Shown here piece after piece: positions 14,570 to 30,530 of a stretch of DNA of 64,000 nt. The stretch lies in assembly GCF_009914755.1 (NCBI RefSeq), contig NC_060933.1. One strand, given 5' to 3'. This stretch comes from the human T2T-CHM13v2.0 reference genome, Homo sapiens. Made by a program: the position numbers and the translations under genes. Position 1 is the first letter of the stretch. Each line of letters starts with the position of its first letter. Under the pieces are notes generated by a model. It had not been told where the DNA came from. It searched no databases and was given only the letters and a program-made list of their open reading frames with translations.

Positions 14570-15300
14570 CCTCCCTAGTCATTGTTTCCAGTCTAGTCCA
14601 CTCTCTTGAGTTACAGACTTGGATTTCCAACTGCCCATTCATTGTGTCCACCCGGATGTTTCAAAGGCATTTCTAATCCATCATGGCCAAAGGCAAACTC
14701 ATCTCTCCCAACCAAGTCTTTTTCCAAGTTTCTTTATCTCAGTGAATGGACCCACTGTCCATCCACATTCTGCAAATCAGAAATATGGGAACCATTTCTG
14801 ACCCTCTCTCTGCCTCATCTAATCCTGAATCTTACCAGCCTCCTAAATATCTTCCCTATCTGTGCACTTCTGTCCACCTCCACCAGCAAAACCACTGTGG
14901 GTCAAGCTTTCTGCTCTCTCTCCCTTAAGCCACTGTCCTGCATTTCCAGGCTACTGTCCTGAATCCACTCTGCCTGGATGCCACTGTCCTCCCACTGTGA
15001 TCACAGGGATCCCTTCCAAGTGCATCTGCCCTGTCACTGCCCTGCTCAAAGTCCCTCAAAGATTTCCTGTTGCTCGTAGGATGGAGATCAGAATCCCTAC
15101 TGTGGCCTACAAGGCCAACATGGTTGTGCCCCTCCAGTTTTATCACCACCTACATCCCCTTCCTCCTCTCTCACCCAGCCCTGCTTGCTTTCCGCATCCC
15201 AGTCCCACTGGCCTGTTTTTCAGTCCCTTGAATGTGTGATGACCCCGCCCGCCCTGGGGGTCTGGCTCATGCTGTTCCCTCTGCTGCTCCAGCTGTCTTC
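14570..15300 (-). mobile_element. L2 fragment
   Basis: Pyrimidine-rich L2 antisense phrases (ctgtggcctacaaggcc; ggctcatgctgttccctctgc). Confidence 0.5.
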
Positions 15301-16106
15301 GAGCCACTCTTGCTCAGTTCTTAAAAGTCCCAGCATGGTTTCTGCCATTGGCTTCCTGCTCCATCTTGGCCCCCAGCTTTCGGGAAGGGCTTCCCTGAGT
15401 GTCTCACAGCACTGCCAAGGCTGGGCAGAAGGCCAGAGTGCCCCACTATGGCCAACCAAGGGAGGTGGAGCCGGAGCTTCCAGCTGGGGAGCTGTGTCCA
15501 GCAAGACTGCAGGGAGCCAGGACGAGTGTCAGGGAAAGAGCATCTAACATTCTGGCAGAGCCCCATGTCTCTGCCCTCTCATTCTTAAAAGGCAGATGCT
15601 GGAAGCAGCTCATGACCCTAGAAATGGACTGTTCTAGGAACCTGTTTTTCCCTCCGCCTGCCCTGCTGGACACCTTCCCACCTCTGCTCATCCTCTGAAA
15701 CTTGAATCAGCCACTGCTCTCTCCCTCCCTGTGTGGCTGAAGCCATGTTGGGTAGTGGCCATCATCCATCTCGTAAGACTGCACTTAGAGCTACCTTTAG
15801 CCACCCACAGCCCACCTCACAGATCCTCCAGATGGCACAAAAACCCTTCGGAAGGAGCTTCAGGGATCATAGAAATTGCAAGCTCTGGTTCCCGGGAGGA
15901 GGACAGAGTGAGAGGAAGGAGGTGTGGACCCCAGATTCCTCACTTCTGCTCCATCTAATTGCTCATTATACAGTGAGCTTCTGCAGAAGCTTTCATTTAA
16001 AGAATAAGTTGAGCCCTGAAAAGAAGCATGAACATTATCAAACTCTCTCTTTGTAGATGAGGAAACTACAGGATTTAAACATTTGGCAGAATTTTTTAAA
16101 AAATCA

Positions 16107-16377
16107 AGACAGGGTCTCACTCTGTTGCCCAGGCTGGAATCCAGTGGTGCAGTCATAGATCACTGCAGCGTCAGCCTCCTGGGCTCCAGAGATCCTCCCG
16201 CCTCAGCCTCCTGGGTAACTGGGACTACAGGCAGCTAATTTATTATTATTATTATTTTGTAGGGACAGGGTCTCTCTATGTTGCCCAGGTTGATCTCGAA
16301 CTTCTGGTCTCAAGCGATCCTCCCACCTCAGCCTCCTAAAGTGCTGGGATTACAGGCATGAGCCACTGTGCCTAGCC
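16107..16377 (-). mobile_element. AluJ
   Basis: Antisense Alu; ttggcagaat on both flanks. Confidence 0.85.
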
Positions 16378-16631
16378 TTGGCAGAATAAATAAGCTGCCC
16401 AGTGACACCCAGAGAGGTGGTGACAAGAAGTCTGTTGTCAGGGTGACTGGTTCTTGTTCATCACAGCACCCTGCCTCTCCAGCCTTGAGAAACAACAATC
16501 ATAACTGACAGGTGTGGGATGTTTTGTGGTTGGTAAAACACTTTCAAATTCTTGGTCCCTTTTGATCCTTGCCCCAACAGGATATGAGGAGGATATTCTT
16601 ACTACTACTTTCACCTTAAGTAAGAAGAGGG

Positions 16632-16765
16632 GGCAGGCATGGTGGCTCATGCCTGTAATCTCAGCACATTGGGAGGCCAAGGTATGAGGATCACTTGAGC
16701 CCAGGAGTTCGAGACCAGCCTAGGCAACATAGTGAGACCTCATCTCTAAAAGCAAAAAAGAAAAA
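16632..16765 (+). mobile_element. Alu monomer (FLAM-like)
   Basis: Left monomer plus A tail. Confidence 0.8.
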
Positions 16766-16821
16766 GCTGCTGGTGGTCAGGGTAGTAAAGTGACCTACCT
16801 AAGACCACACCATTATCAAGA

Positions 16822-17650
<829 letters not shown>

Positions 17651-17804
17651 GAGGCAGACTGCAAATCCAAGTTTCTTCCCAACCTCACAGAGTTCAACGG
17701 TGATCAAAAGAAGCGGTTGACCTTGCTGTCTGGCATCCCGCAGAAAAGCACACCGCATGGGAACAAGGGTTTAAAATGCACATCTGTTTTCTGGATCTAC
17801 TTAC

Positions 17805-17873
17805 AGTAAACTGTGGCCCTGTGGTGAAAGTATCAGGAAACGGGGTCATTGTATCAACCGGGAATGTTTTTAT
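17805..17873 (-). CDS. EPB41L4B: EPB41L4B exon (IKTFPVDTMTPFPDTFTTGPQFT)
   Basis: AAG acceptor after a pyrimidine tract, GTAAGT donor, 69 nt, phase 0-0. Confidence 0.93.
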
Positions 17874-19295
17874 CTTCAAAAGAGAGAAAGACAAGGGGGT
17901 TACCTTCAGATTAGAAAACAAAGTTTTGCAATCTTTGGCAGCGCACCTTTAAAATGGAACCGAAGGATTCAGGGGTGCCCCCGCAGAGCCTTCATCACTC
18001 GTGTAAGGGCACATACAAAGGGTCCCTCAGGAGTGTGAGCTGGTGGTTGTATCTGCGCCTGGAGTTGGACTGCAGGACGGGCCTCAGCAGGGATGACAGC
18101 CTGGAGTCTCGTGTTCCTAGAGCGCCCCCACACTTGCCTCCCCCTGGAGCTGCCTTCAGCGGGATCTGCTTGGCTTTCCAGGCCTGACTCATAAAAAGCC
18201 ACAATCAAGGTGGATAATGAGGGAGTCAGAGTTGCCTGAGGTGGCTTCTGATGACTTCTCCATAGCTGTGGGAATGGCCTAGAGGCTGCTGAGAGGTCAC
18301 ATCCTGGGACACGGTCTCTTACAGCAGGCAGGGTACAAGGCGGCTGGGCTAATTAAGCTAGAAAGTATTCCCTGTCTAATCACTTCAGTTACTGGACTCC
18401 CTGTACGCTTTGGCCAGTAGAGGGAGACCTCAGGGAAACCCGTGGAAGCATGGGAGAATCCTGCCCCCACGGCCTTTGGGAACAGATGGCTTGATGCACA
18501 AAGATGCCCAGTGCTGGGAGTACCTGTAGTACTGAGCTAGTCTGAAAAAGGCCAGACGAACAGCTGATCAGGTAGTGGTGGTGAAAAAGACTCTTGACTT
18601 CCATGTCTTTCTCTTTGGTCATTTTGTCTTTGGCCTCCTGGAGAACTTGGGAAATGGAAGGGCTTATTTTTTCAAGCTGGCCTAGGGTACGTCATCAGGC
18701 CCAGGAACCAGATGACTCTGACACCAGCTTTGTGCACATTCCTGGGGGACAGAAACTGTCTGCACACCTGCTGGTGAATGCATACCACACCACCCGCCAG
18801 CAGAGGGCTGCAGGCAAGACACCAAGGCCACCACTGCCCAGGGGCAGCAGGCTTTGTGTGTCTCGAGGTCTTGCCTGTGGACACTGGGATAGCTACTCAA
18901 TGCTCTTCAGTGGCTCCAATGGGAGGGTGAGGCAGGGATGAGTAAGAACACATTAGCTCAGACCCAAATCAGCCAAGCTTTCCCAAATGGGTAAAGCAAG
19001 TCTCCCCCATGTGGGGATGACAATATCCTTGCCACGTGTACTGAGATGTCCAGCCCAAGCCTGCTCCCCTTCCCCCAAATTTCTTTGGTCTCTTTACACA
19101 TCTCAAAATTGCCAGAATAGGCCTGAAATTGCCTTTTTGACTCAGGTGAGAGAAGGACCCTTGGGGTGAAGTCTTGGGGTACATTCTCCTCTTGTTGCCT
19201 ATTGAGTCAGCATGGTGCTCTGAGACCAATATCCTAGCAGAAAGTAACAGACAGATAAGACTCTCAGATCATCATGAAGCAGAAAGGGAAAGTGG

Positions 19296-19595
<300 letters not shown>

Positions 19596-20564
19596 GAAAG
19601 TGGTTTATTATTGCTATGAAAGAAAGGTGAAAGTTAGCAATCTCAAAGAATTATTTTATACCTGCTGTAAATTAGAAAAATAGATTTCAACAATTACACT
19701 CTGTGTTGCTAAGGCTGTGGAGAAAAGCAAAGTCACTCTCTTCTGATGGCACTATCTGTTAGCACAACCACTTTAGAAAGGGGGCAAAAGCCAAAGTCAC
19801 CATGTTTAATCCAGCAGGGTATAGCCTAAGAAAATAAAATTCCTGATGCAAAAAGCTATATGTGTTCTCCCAAATAATGACAAACTGCGAACAAAGCGCA
19901 CATCCTGTAGTAAAGAATGTGTTAGATAAATGGTAGACCATTCACTTGATGAAATACAAATAGTCATATAATGTGGTAACAAGAACAAGCTAGAAACAAC
20001 ATAGCAGCATTAAGTGAAAAGAGGAAAACAGGAGAGAATATGGTTACTATGATTTAACTATGTAAAATTATGAATGATATGAATAAATAGAAGGAAATAT
20101 GTAAAAATGACAAAAAATCATGCTAAATTGGGATGACAGGTAATTTTGTTCACATTGTCAGGTAGCACTCCTATTACATCATTAGCTTGATAAATAGCAG
20201 AAGAAGACAAGTTTAAAGAAGTTTTATTTTCAATAGAAATGCAACATAAGAGTCCGTCTGGTGAGTACCAAAGCATATATTTCTCTCTGGGGAAAGCATC
20301 TATGCTCATCAAAATTCTAGGAAAACAAACTCTTCTTGATTCTTGAGACCTAGAGGCGAAGTGGGCTCCATAGCTGCATGTTCCAAACTGACCAGGGCCA
20401 GCTGGACTCCAAATCCTCCATCCATCTGGAGTGAGGGCACCTGTCGATGGGCTCTGCCCGAGATCTGGGGCTTCTGCACGCCCACCCAGGCTTCCACCTC
20501 GCCTGGTGGCTCCTGCCCACCTCACCTCTCCTGGCCAGGCCCCTCTCCCTGCCAGGGTACCTAC

Positions 20565-20681
20565 CAGCCTCGTTTTGATTGGAGGGTACATGCAAACTCC
20601 AGTGGTCTCTTCCTTCATGGGGAGAGAGAGTGGAGGAGAACAGCGAGAGTGGGCACAGTGGGGGTTGCTGGCGGGCTCTGC
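20565..20681 (-). CDS. EPB41L4B: EPB41L4B exon (AEPASNPHCAHSRCSPPLSLPMKEETTGVCMYPPIKTRL)
   Basis: CAG acceptor, GTAGGT donor, 117 nt, phase 0-0. Confidence 0.95.
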
Positions 20682-21135
20682 CTGCTCACGAGGAGAGGAG
20701 AGAAGGGGAGGAGGAGGTGGCAAGAGAAGGGGAGGAGGAAGAGGAGGTAGGGGAAGGGAAAGGAGAGAAAGACAGCACAGTGCAAGACAGATCTGGCAAC
20801 TCCAGACTGTTCTCAAGCCAGCCTCACCCACAGCCTACTTCCAGGCTCTGGCCAACTGGCTTCTGGTCCCACCCCCCACCCTCTCTCTCAGCCTTCTTTT
20901 CTCCTTTCTGTCTTTCATCTGTTGTCTCCATCATCTGAGCAGATGACATACCAAGACCCCATTCCCAGGCCTGGTAGGTAGAGGCTATCTCCTGTGCCAA
21001 CTGCACAGGACAGGTAGTGGCTTCTTGGCACGCGGTTGAGGGTTCTGAAGCATTGCCCAGGCCAAGCCAGAAAGATAGCCAGGATGACTTAGTGATGTGA
21101 GCCATGGAGGAAGTGAGGAGTGGCCACACACTTGA

Positions 21136-21857
<722 letters not shown>

Positions 21858-22529
21858 TGTAACATATAGTTGAGGATTTCATATGTCTTGGCTCTTTGTT
21901 ATCTGTGTTCAGAAAACAAACTGACCCTGACCCATGACGAGATGCATGGGCCCAGCCGTGGCATCTCGTTTGACACTGGGACACCCTGCTACTTAGCTGG
22001 AAAATACCAAACATTGTGAAAAAAGTGCCACATCCTTTGGGATACGCAGGGTTCTCCACCTTATCCTTGAATAGCACCATGCGCCCAGCAGAGGTCCAAC
22101 AGCTTGTACTGGTGAGGATGAGGTTGGAGGACAGAGGATGCTTGATGTTAGGAGAGGGAACCACGGACAGGGTTATTTTGGGTTTCAGGGAGGGACCATT
22201 TGCTCCAGAGAACAAATATACACGTCTTTTATCTCAAGAGAGTTTCCTTAAATAGTTGATATCATCCTGCTGTGAAGAATAAAACACAGCCCCTGGGTAA
22301 GTTTCATAGAAAAATGATCAAGAAAATTGCCAGCCTCTTTTCCGTCTCCAAAGTGATCTATCTCTGTCCTCTTTACAATTGTGCAGTCCTGGACAATTTC
22401 CAAAGGGCTTTTTACAACTATTATCTCACAATGGTCTTCACGATGGCCTGTTTTACTATTCAAATTTGGGAGATGTAGAAATTGCATTTGCAAAGTCTTA
22501 GTCCATGGTTCATTTTGTTGACTGTTTCT

Positions 22530-22837
<308 letters not shown>

Positions 22838-24993
22838 GACTGTTTCTAAATCTAGTTTTTAGTCAAGTGAATCCATCTGAGTCACCTGCAGTTAACTTTT
22901 ACCAGACTACTTAAAACCCTCCTGCTGCTCTCTATGGACCTCAGGGTATATCCTGCAGAAATATGTCTCCCTGCTACCCTCAGGAACAGTTCCCACTACT
23001 GCCCCAGGGCATCCATACTCCAACCAGAAACAACTACAACAGGGGACCCAGGCCACTGGGTCTTTTCTTCTCTGATGATAGCAGGCACGCAATGGGTATT
23101 TTTTGAAGAAAATAAAAGCTGGCACAAATGACCAAGAAACATGGCCACACTGCCTAGAAGCCAAAATGTGTCCTGGCCACCAACTGAAGAACATAATGAG
23201 CGCCTTAAGGGATGGTCCAGCATTTGACTTTCGTGGTAAAGAAGTGTTGATCCACCGCACAAGCCTTTCTGACCTTTCTCAATATACATCTGATTGGATT
23301 GAAACAAAAGAACATCCTGGGGCTCCCACGCTCCAGACTGTTGTTACGTGAGAAGGAAATAAGATAACACATGGAATCAAAGGCTATTTTGGAATACCAC
23401 TTAATTTTTTTCTCCTAGTATTTCCTTTCTTCCTTGGGTCTTTTCTGCAGGCAAGCAGCTACATTCATCTGTACATGCTTGGCTTTTGAGTTCAAAATCT
23501 GACTCTCGGGGAAACAGAAAGATTCTCTGCATAGATACATGATGATGAAAATGTGTAAGGCTTCTTCATCATCCAGATAGGAAAAGAGATGGCTAGTTTG
23601 ACCATTGGAGAGAAAAGTCAGAGGGAAAGGGAGGAGGAGTAGACTTTAGTGAGTACCGAGCAAAGGGGCCCTGTGCAACTTTCTCCAGACACTGAGGCTG
23701 GGAAGCAGGGACTGAAGAGCAGCAAGAACCAGCCCTGCCAACCCCCTCAGGTAGAGCTGAGGAGATGGCAGGCTCCAGGACAGGGTGGCCTCCAAACAGA
23801 ATGTTGTCCAACAGGTAGAGAGTCACACATCCTGGCAGGAGAGTGATCTCCACCCACCCAAAACAGCCACGAAAGAACCAAAGAGAGGCCTAGATGTATC
23901 AGTGAACAGATGACATCATGGACTAAATAGATTTCTCTCCACCTCCCTGTGCCCTAGGGAACACAGCCAAAATCACAGAAGGGGTACCCTAATTTAATTT
24001 GAGATTCAGCTTCAGCCCTGCTGGTATAATTAAGTTCAAAATAAAAGTAAGTTATTGCACCAGATGGAAACTCCCTTCTAACACCTAACCCAGGGCCTGT
24101 TCCAATGCCCTACACAGCCTTCCTCTGGCCAGGGCCCTGTCCTTCCAGACACATGAACTTTTGACTAACATGTCATGGCCCAGAAGGGATCTGGGTGTTA
24201 ATTGGCTCTGCTTTGCAGTTGGGTAAGTGGTTCATGAAGCATGGGGATCAGAGAGGGACGAGCCCCAAAGAGAAAGCGTAAAGAACACAGAAAGCACAGG
24301 TATTCATGGTCTGTGTTACCTGGGGAGGGAAGCTAGCACGGTAGACTTGGAGTAGCGTGCAGGACTCCGCATTCTAGGGTGAACATCACTAATGCATCAA
24401 TGTACCCTCCCCCAACTCCCCTCGCTCAGTCAACGCCAATGCCCCCAAGCACCTGCTCACATTCACATCCTAAAGAAAATACCAACTGGAGAGCAGGTGC
24501 TGTCTTGACTCACTTGCCTCCTTCCCTTCTCACCCACGTATTCCACCTCTTGCAACCCAGGCAGAAATTCAGATCTGATTACGAACTCTGATACAGAATC
24601 GGAAATGGAAAGACGTGAAGCTGCAAAAGTTCTAAAGCTTAAGATTGCTAAATTGAGCTACCTAATAAAAGAGTTGGGGATTAGAGAGGAAAAGGTTTGG
24701 GAAAAGGAGGGGGAAGAAACCTACAAAAGCGAAGTTGGAAAGAGTGTTTCTTTGTGGAGAGTTTGGGAATGAAAGTCCCTGGAGTCAAGCAGGAATGTAA
24801 GAGAATAAAAGAAAAGGCAAAAAGAGATCAAGATGTGTTACAGGAGGTGTTAATGTAATATTCTTTAATGATTTTTTGAGAGATGCCTGTTCCAGATTGA
24901 AACTTTTTATTAATCTGGGCTCTTTGGACTGTGCTTCTTTGAAAACCACTCTACACAGAGACCGGCCACAAGTATCAAGAGTGATAAAAGTGA

Positions 24994-25495
<502 letters not shown>

Positions 25496-27671
25496 GGTTA
25501 CGCTGGTTCTGATAGTGTCTTGGTGGAACGTTGCTGAATGAAGGCAAGATCTCCAGTTCCCTGTTGGTCCAGCACTGGGCCTAGGGACCAGGATAGTGGT
25601 GGGGCCTCAGGAGTCTCATCCAGTAGGAGGCAGGGGGCTAGAGATAGGCTGTAAGCTTGGGAAATGACTACATGGAAAAAGTATTCACCAAGGAGGGGTA
25701 ATTCACTGCCTGTGTGATGAGTAGCACATGGGAAGTTCTGACATTCATGCCCGTAAAGGGCTGCTTCCTCTTCAGCAGGAAATGCTGATGGGAAGGCCCA
25801 GAGAGAGCAGCCACAGGCAAAGGGCACAGGGCTGGTGGCAAAATAACCATAGCTCATCCAGGCTGAGTCTCCTAGACCAAGGTACCTGAGCACTTCCCTT
25901 CCTCATGCTCCACTCAGCAACTCTGAGGACCAAACCTGGGCTGACAGCTTGGAGATGGTCCCAGGGCTGTCCCACAGCCCAGACTGAGACCAGGGCATCT
26001 GACCCGCTTTGAGGGAGGGTACTGGCTAACAGGGAAAGACACAGACACATCCTGGATTGGGCCATCTGCCACTGGAATGGCAGCCCAGAGTCTAGGTTCT
26101 AGAACTGGCTTTGATACACACTTGCTATGTGACTTGGGACAAGTGTCTGCCCCTGTCTGGGCCTTGGTTTTCCCATCTATATGTGAAGGACTGGATGAGA
26201 TGGTCCCAAGGCATTGTTCCACCTGATAGGCTGGGGCCAGTTAGTTGAGGAAGCCCTGGTCACAAGTCAGGCACGGGGGTCACCCTTGCCTCCCTCTACT
26301 TCTGGCTCCTTCCTCCCATGGATAAGGAAGCCCCTCTGCAGCCCTCATCAGCAGCATCCAGGACACTGACTTGCGGAGGCAGGCCTGGTCCCCTGAGATA
26401 GAGACCTGTCCATCACCCTACCAACAGGTAGGAGGGCTGCTGCTTGCATTTCTGATGCTGGGGGAAGCAGATGGAGGGAGGAGGACCAAAGGGAGAAGCA
26501 GATGGCTGGAGTCCCCTCTTCCCTTCTAGGACCCTTTGGCGCTCATGGAAATAGGATTCTGGAACAAAGTGAGGTCAAGGCCCATGGTACCAAGGAAAGC
26601 CCAAAATGGAGGAAGCTCTTGCCAAAAAGCTAGATGCCCAGGATACCTTCTCCCTGAGGCCTGCATACATGCACTCATGCCTCAAAGGATGCTTTATCCT
26701 GAGGACACACATTCACTGCAAACTTCAGCTGTGAAGTGGTGGCTGTGTCTCAGTGCAGTGCAAGGACCTCAGTTGTCCCATGCCTGAGCAGTGAAACAGG
26801 CCCATACCCATTTCATAGCTTAGTTGGAGATACCCTGAGATGTGAGCAGCGTGTCTTGGGGAGAGAGAATGAGCTTCCTATTACTGAAGGGGTGCAAGCA
26901 GAGGCTGGACAGTCATTTGGCAGGCATTGCCCCTCAGATCACGGCATCTCCAATTCCCTACCAGATGCTGCTTCCTTTCTCATCTCAGCCTGTTCAGTTC
27001 AAACAAAGAAAAGACCATTTAAATCTATAAGTAATTAAATCTACAAGCTGGACCTGCAACACAATGATCTCTAAGGGAATCTCATCACTCTTGTCAAAGC
27101 CACCATGTTTTTTTTTTGGAAATTGACCCTAATTCTCAGACCCACCAGGCCCTTTACTTGTTCCCTGAAAAGGGTTTCTCACCTGCAGGAGTCCCACAAG
27201 GGCTGCCATCCCTAAGGGGAGACCTGTATGCAGAGGATGGAAGATGGCAGGAGGTGCGAGGGGCCTGGAAAGCTGGGGTGTGGCCTTGAGCCAGTGCTTC
27301 AGACCAGATGGATCGTCGGAAGCAACAGCAAGAGATTCCCCACGGGTGGGCATGCAGGGCGCAGTCCAGGAAGCCAAGAAGCCGAGAACAAAACACCGAG
27401 GAGCCCTATAACACTCGAAGTGCAGTAGACAGGCATGGGCAGGACCCCCACAACTACCCTCGGAGCAAAGGAGCACCCCTTCCTCCCTCAAGGGCTCTAG
27501 AGGTGGAGGGACCCACAGTGCCTGACCCCTGGATGAAAGCTGATCCCTGAGCCTCCAGGACAAGAGGAAGAGGCTCCTCAACAGCAATGCCCACCTCTGT
27601 CCATCCGTCCCACTGCCAAGATGTTTCTATGGTCTGTGACTTTTCTGGTTTTAGCAAAATAGGAAGTTTAC

Positions 27672-27749
27672 CAGAGGAGTGGCTTCTGTGAAATCCATCA
27701 GAAGATCACCCGGCTCCAGGGTAAAGGCACCTCCTCGGTCAGAGGGGCT
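27672..27749 (-). CDS. EPB41L4B: EPB41L4B exon (SPSDRGGAFTLEPGDLLMDFTEATPL)
   Basis: ccctag acceptor, GTAAAC donor, 78 nt, phase 0-0. Confidence 0.93.
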
Positions 27750-29613
27750 CTAGGGAGACAGACAAACACCCCTGGTTAGAGACGGCACTGCATTGATGAT
27801 AAAGTTCACCAGAAAAGACAGGCAGAGGTTCCCAGCCTCTCCTCTACACTGATCTCATTAGCAATGACAATCCCCTTGTATTTCCCTCACCAAGTAGTGT
27901 ACAAAATGTTGAGACTTGAACCCCAATTTTTTCATAGGTAGAAGTAGGCATGGTGCAGAGAGCTGTCCCTTTCAGAGCTGCAGGCCGCTTTTCTTAAGTG
28001 CTCTTAGTGCTTTTCTACTGGTCTTTTGGGGAAAAAACACTTGAAAGAGTCCTCTGAATGTATAAAGAGAGAGCAAAGACCTTGTCCTAGATTAAGAGGA
28101 TCAAATCCAGGGTCCTCCAGGAGCTAAACTGATCTGCACACTAAGAGCAATGATCTTCATGGCAGGTGATGGCATGTGGATTATGTTGCTTGCTTTTGGA
28201 AAATGTTTTGCCCTCCTGCTCTGGGGTCTTAGCTGCATGGATGGCCTCGAGGTCTTTTAAGGGAGAAAAAAGAAGTCCCATCAACGTGGTTCAAGCAAGG
28301 CCCCAAGGAGAGAGATGGCCAGGAGAGGGAGCCCTGTGGCCTTTGGTGGGATGCCACTTGCATCCCCTCCACGCCACCCCAACCCCCTTCTGTTTCGTAA
28401 ATGTTTCGTTCAGCCTGGTTTTAACCACAGTGTGGGATATGTGATAGGAGCCTGGGTCCACACCTGAGACAAAGTTGTACAGGGGGCTCCACACAGTGGA
28501 GGATAATCCAGGCTGAGATGCCAATAGGTGGAGGTGATCTATAGAGAAGCAGAGAACCTCGATCTTGGCCAGTCGCTGGCTGAGCACTCCAGGCAGGTTT
28601 CTGTGCAGAACACTAAGCAGAGATATTTCCAGAGACACCCAGGGAAGGCACCAGGTGAAAGACTGGCCTTGGTAATGCAGGAGGTGGCCCTGGACCATTA
28701 TTCTTCAGCTGTCACCAGGAATTGTGATCCCTGAAGCTGCAAAAGCCTCAGGCATCCAGTTTGCATGAGCACTTTAACCTCCACTGAACCTGACGCCAGC
28801 CAGGGCAAGATAGCAGATCTTATTCCCATTTTTAAGAGGAAGAAATTGAGGCTCGAAGAAATAAAGGTTTTGGAAGTGAGTGCTGTGGCTTATGAATGGA
28901 AGAGCTGGGAACAGCCTCTGAAGCTCCGGTCTTGCCTTCAGGGCACCTGCCTCCTGCACGCACCTTTTCTCTGTGTAGTCACATGAACCACTGCAACCTC
29001 TGACTTGAATCCACTTGGACAGCAATAGGTTCAATTGTATTTGGACCAATTGCCAAAGAGTAATCGTAGCTAGAGGTCTCTCAAAGAAAACCAAGAGAAA
29101 CATCTTGTGTAAAGCCTTTGTCATAGCCCATTCACATCTCAGGCAATTTCCTGAAATTTCAAACCAGCAAATGGAATAATATTTCCTATTTTCAAACTAC
29201 TAACACCGGCTATATGACATAAGGGAAGGGATGGGGACACTTCTATGTTTTTGCTCCTCCAAACTGTTCACTATGGTTGGGGGGGAATCATTTCTCTCTT
29301 TCTATCTTTACAGTGGACTAATAGCTTATTATAGAGATGAGATTCTAAATGAAAACTGCCCTCAAAAATCTCTTACATTGCAATTAAAGTACAATGAACC
29401 TGATTTTATATTTCACTCATTGTCTCACAAATGGTTGGCTTGTATTTTGGGGTCAAGTTATATAAAAACATGTTCTGGTTGTTGCTGTTGTTTTATGAGT
29501 ATACACAATTGATTATGCAAAATTTAAATACATGCACCAGATGCTACTCAGTAAATTGATACTGAATTCCCAGCAAGTGTGGCTGCTCGCCAGGGCTTTC
29601 CACCCCCCAATAC

Positions 29614-29791
29614 CTTGGCCCCAGGGGACAGCAGGCCTTTGCCTTCTGACTTGTGAGGCGAGCTGACATTCTGGACCTTGGGGGACGGCAGCGGCACGGA
29701 GACTTGTGTGGCGGCCGTTGTGGTGTTTGTGGTTGTAGATGTGGTCACTCCCACTGCCTCGGCCAGGTCTGGAGGGAGGTCGTCTTCATCA
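29614..29791 (-). CDS. EPB41L4B: EPB41L4B exon ([F]DEDDLPPDLAEAVGVTTSTTTNTTTAATQVSVPLPSPKVQNVSSPHKSEGKGLLSPGAK); alternative start at 29800
   Basis: CAG acceptor at 29794-29792, with an alternative TAG acceptor 9 nt upstream in the same frame; AAG|GTATT donor; phase 2 to 0. Confidence 0.9.
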
Positions 29792-30019
29792 CTGCGGTTA
29801 CTAAAAGCACATGAAGCTCTGCTCATTACAATAATAAACAGGCTGTGAGGAGTGGACGGAGGATGGGCAGGGGTGGGAAGACCAGGGATGGGGATTGGGG
29901 GTTCCCAAACAGATGTCCACCAGATGTCCAGCTTGCAGGATCCAATACTCTGACTTTTTTGCCAAAACAAATTGGGGTGAATTTTCTGTCATTTGCCAGG
30001 GTGTTGTTTTGTTTTGTTG

Positions 30020-30530
30020 GTAAAATATATACAATATAATATTTATCATTTTAACTGCTTATAAATATACAATTCAGTGGCATTAAATGCATTCACAATA
30101 TTGTGCAACCATTGCCACTATCTGTCCCCAAAACTTTTTCATCAGTGACAACAGAAACTCTGTATTGATATTGAACGATAACTCCCCAAGCCCCTCCCTG
30201 CAGCCTCTGGTAACATCAATTCCACTTTCTGTCCCAATGAATTTGCCTATTCTAGGAACGTCACATAAGTGGAATCACACACTCTATGTTCCTCTGTGTC
30301 TGGCTTATTTTAGTCACCATAATATTTTTAAGGTCCATCCACATTGTAGCATACATCAAAATTTCATTTATTTTTATAATATAAAAATTCCATTATATGG
30401 ATATACCACATTCTGTTTATCCATTCATCTGTTGATGGACACTTGGCTTGTTCCCACTCTTTTGGCTATTATAAATCATGCTGCCATGAACATGGGTGTA
30501 CAAACATCTGTCTGACTCTCTGCTTTAAGG
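30020..30530 (-). mobile_element. L1M (L1MB-like) 3' fragment
   Basis: attcagtggcattaa..tatccattcatctgttgatggacactt..gctgccatgaacatgggtgtacaa. Confidence 0.75.

Noticed and set aside
20118-20946. 237-aa minus ORF with an apparent signal peptide, plus antisense ORFs
   Set aside because: The hydrophobic Leu/Pro stretch is the translated polypyrimidine tract; only 20565-20681 is exon
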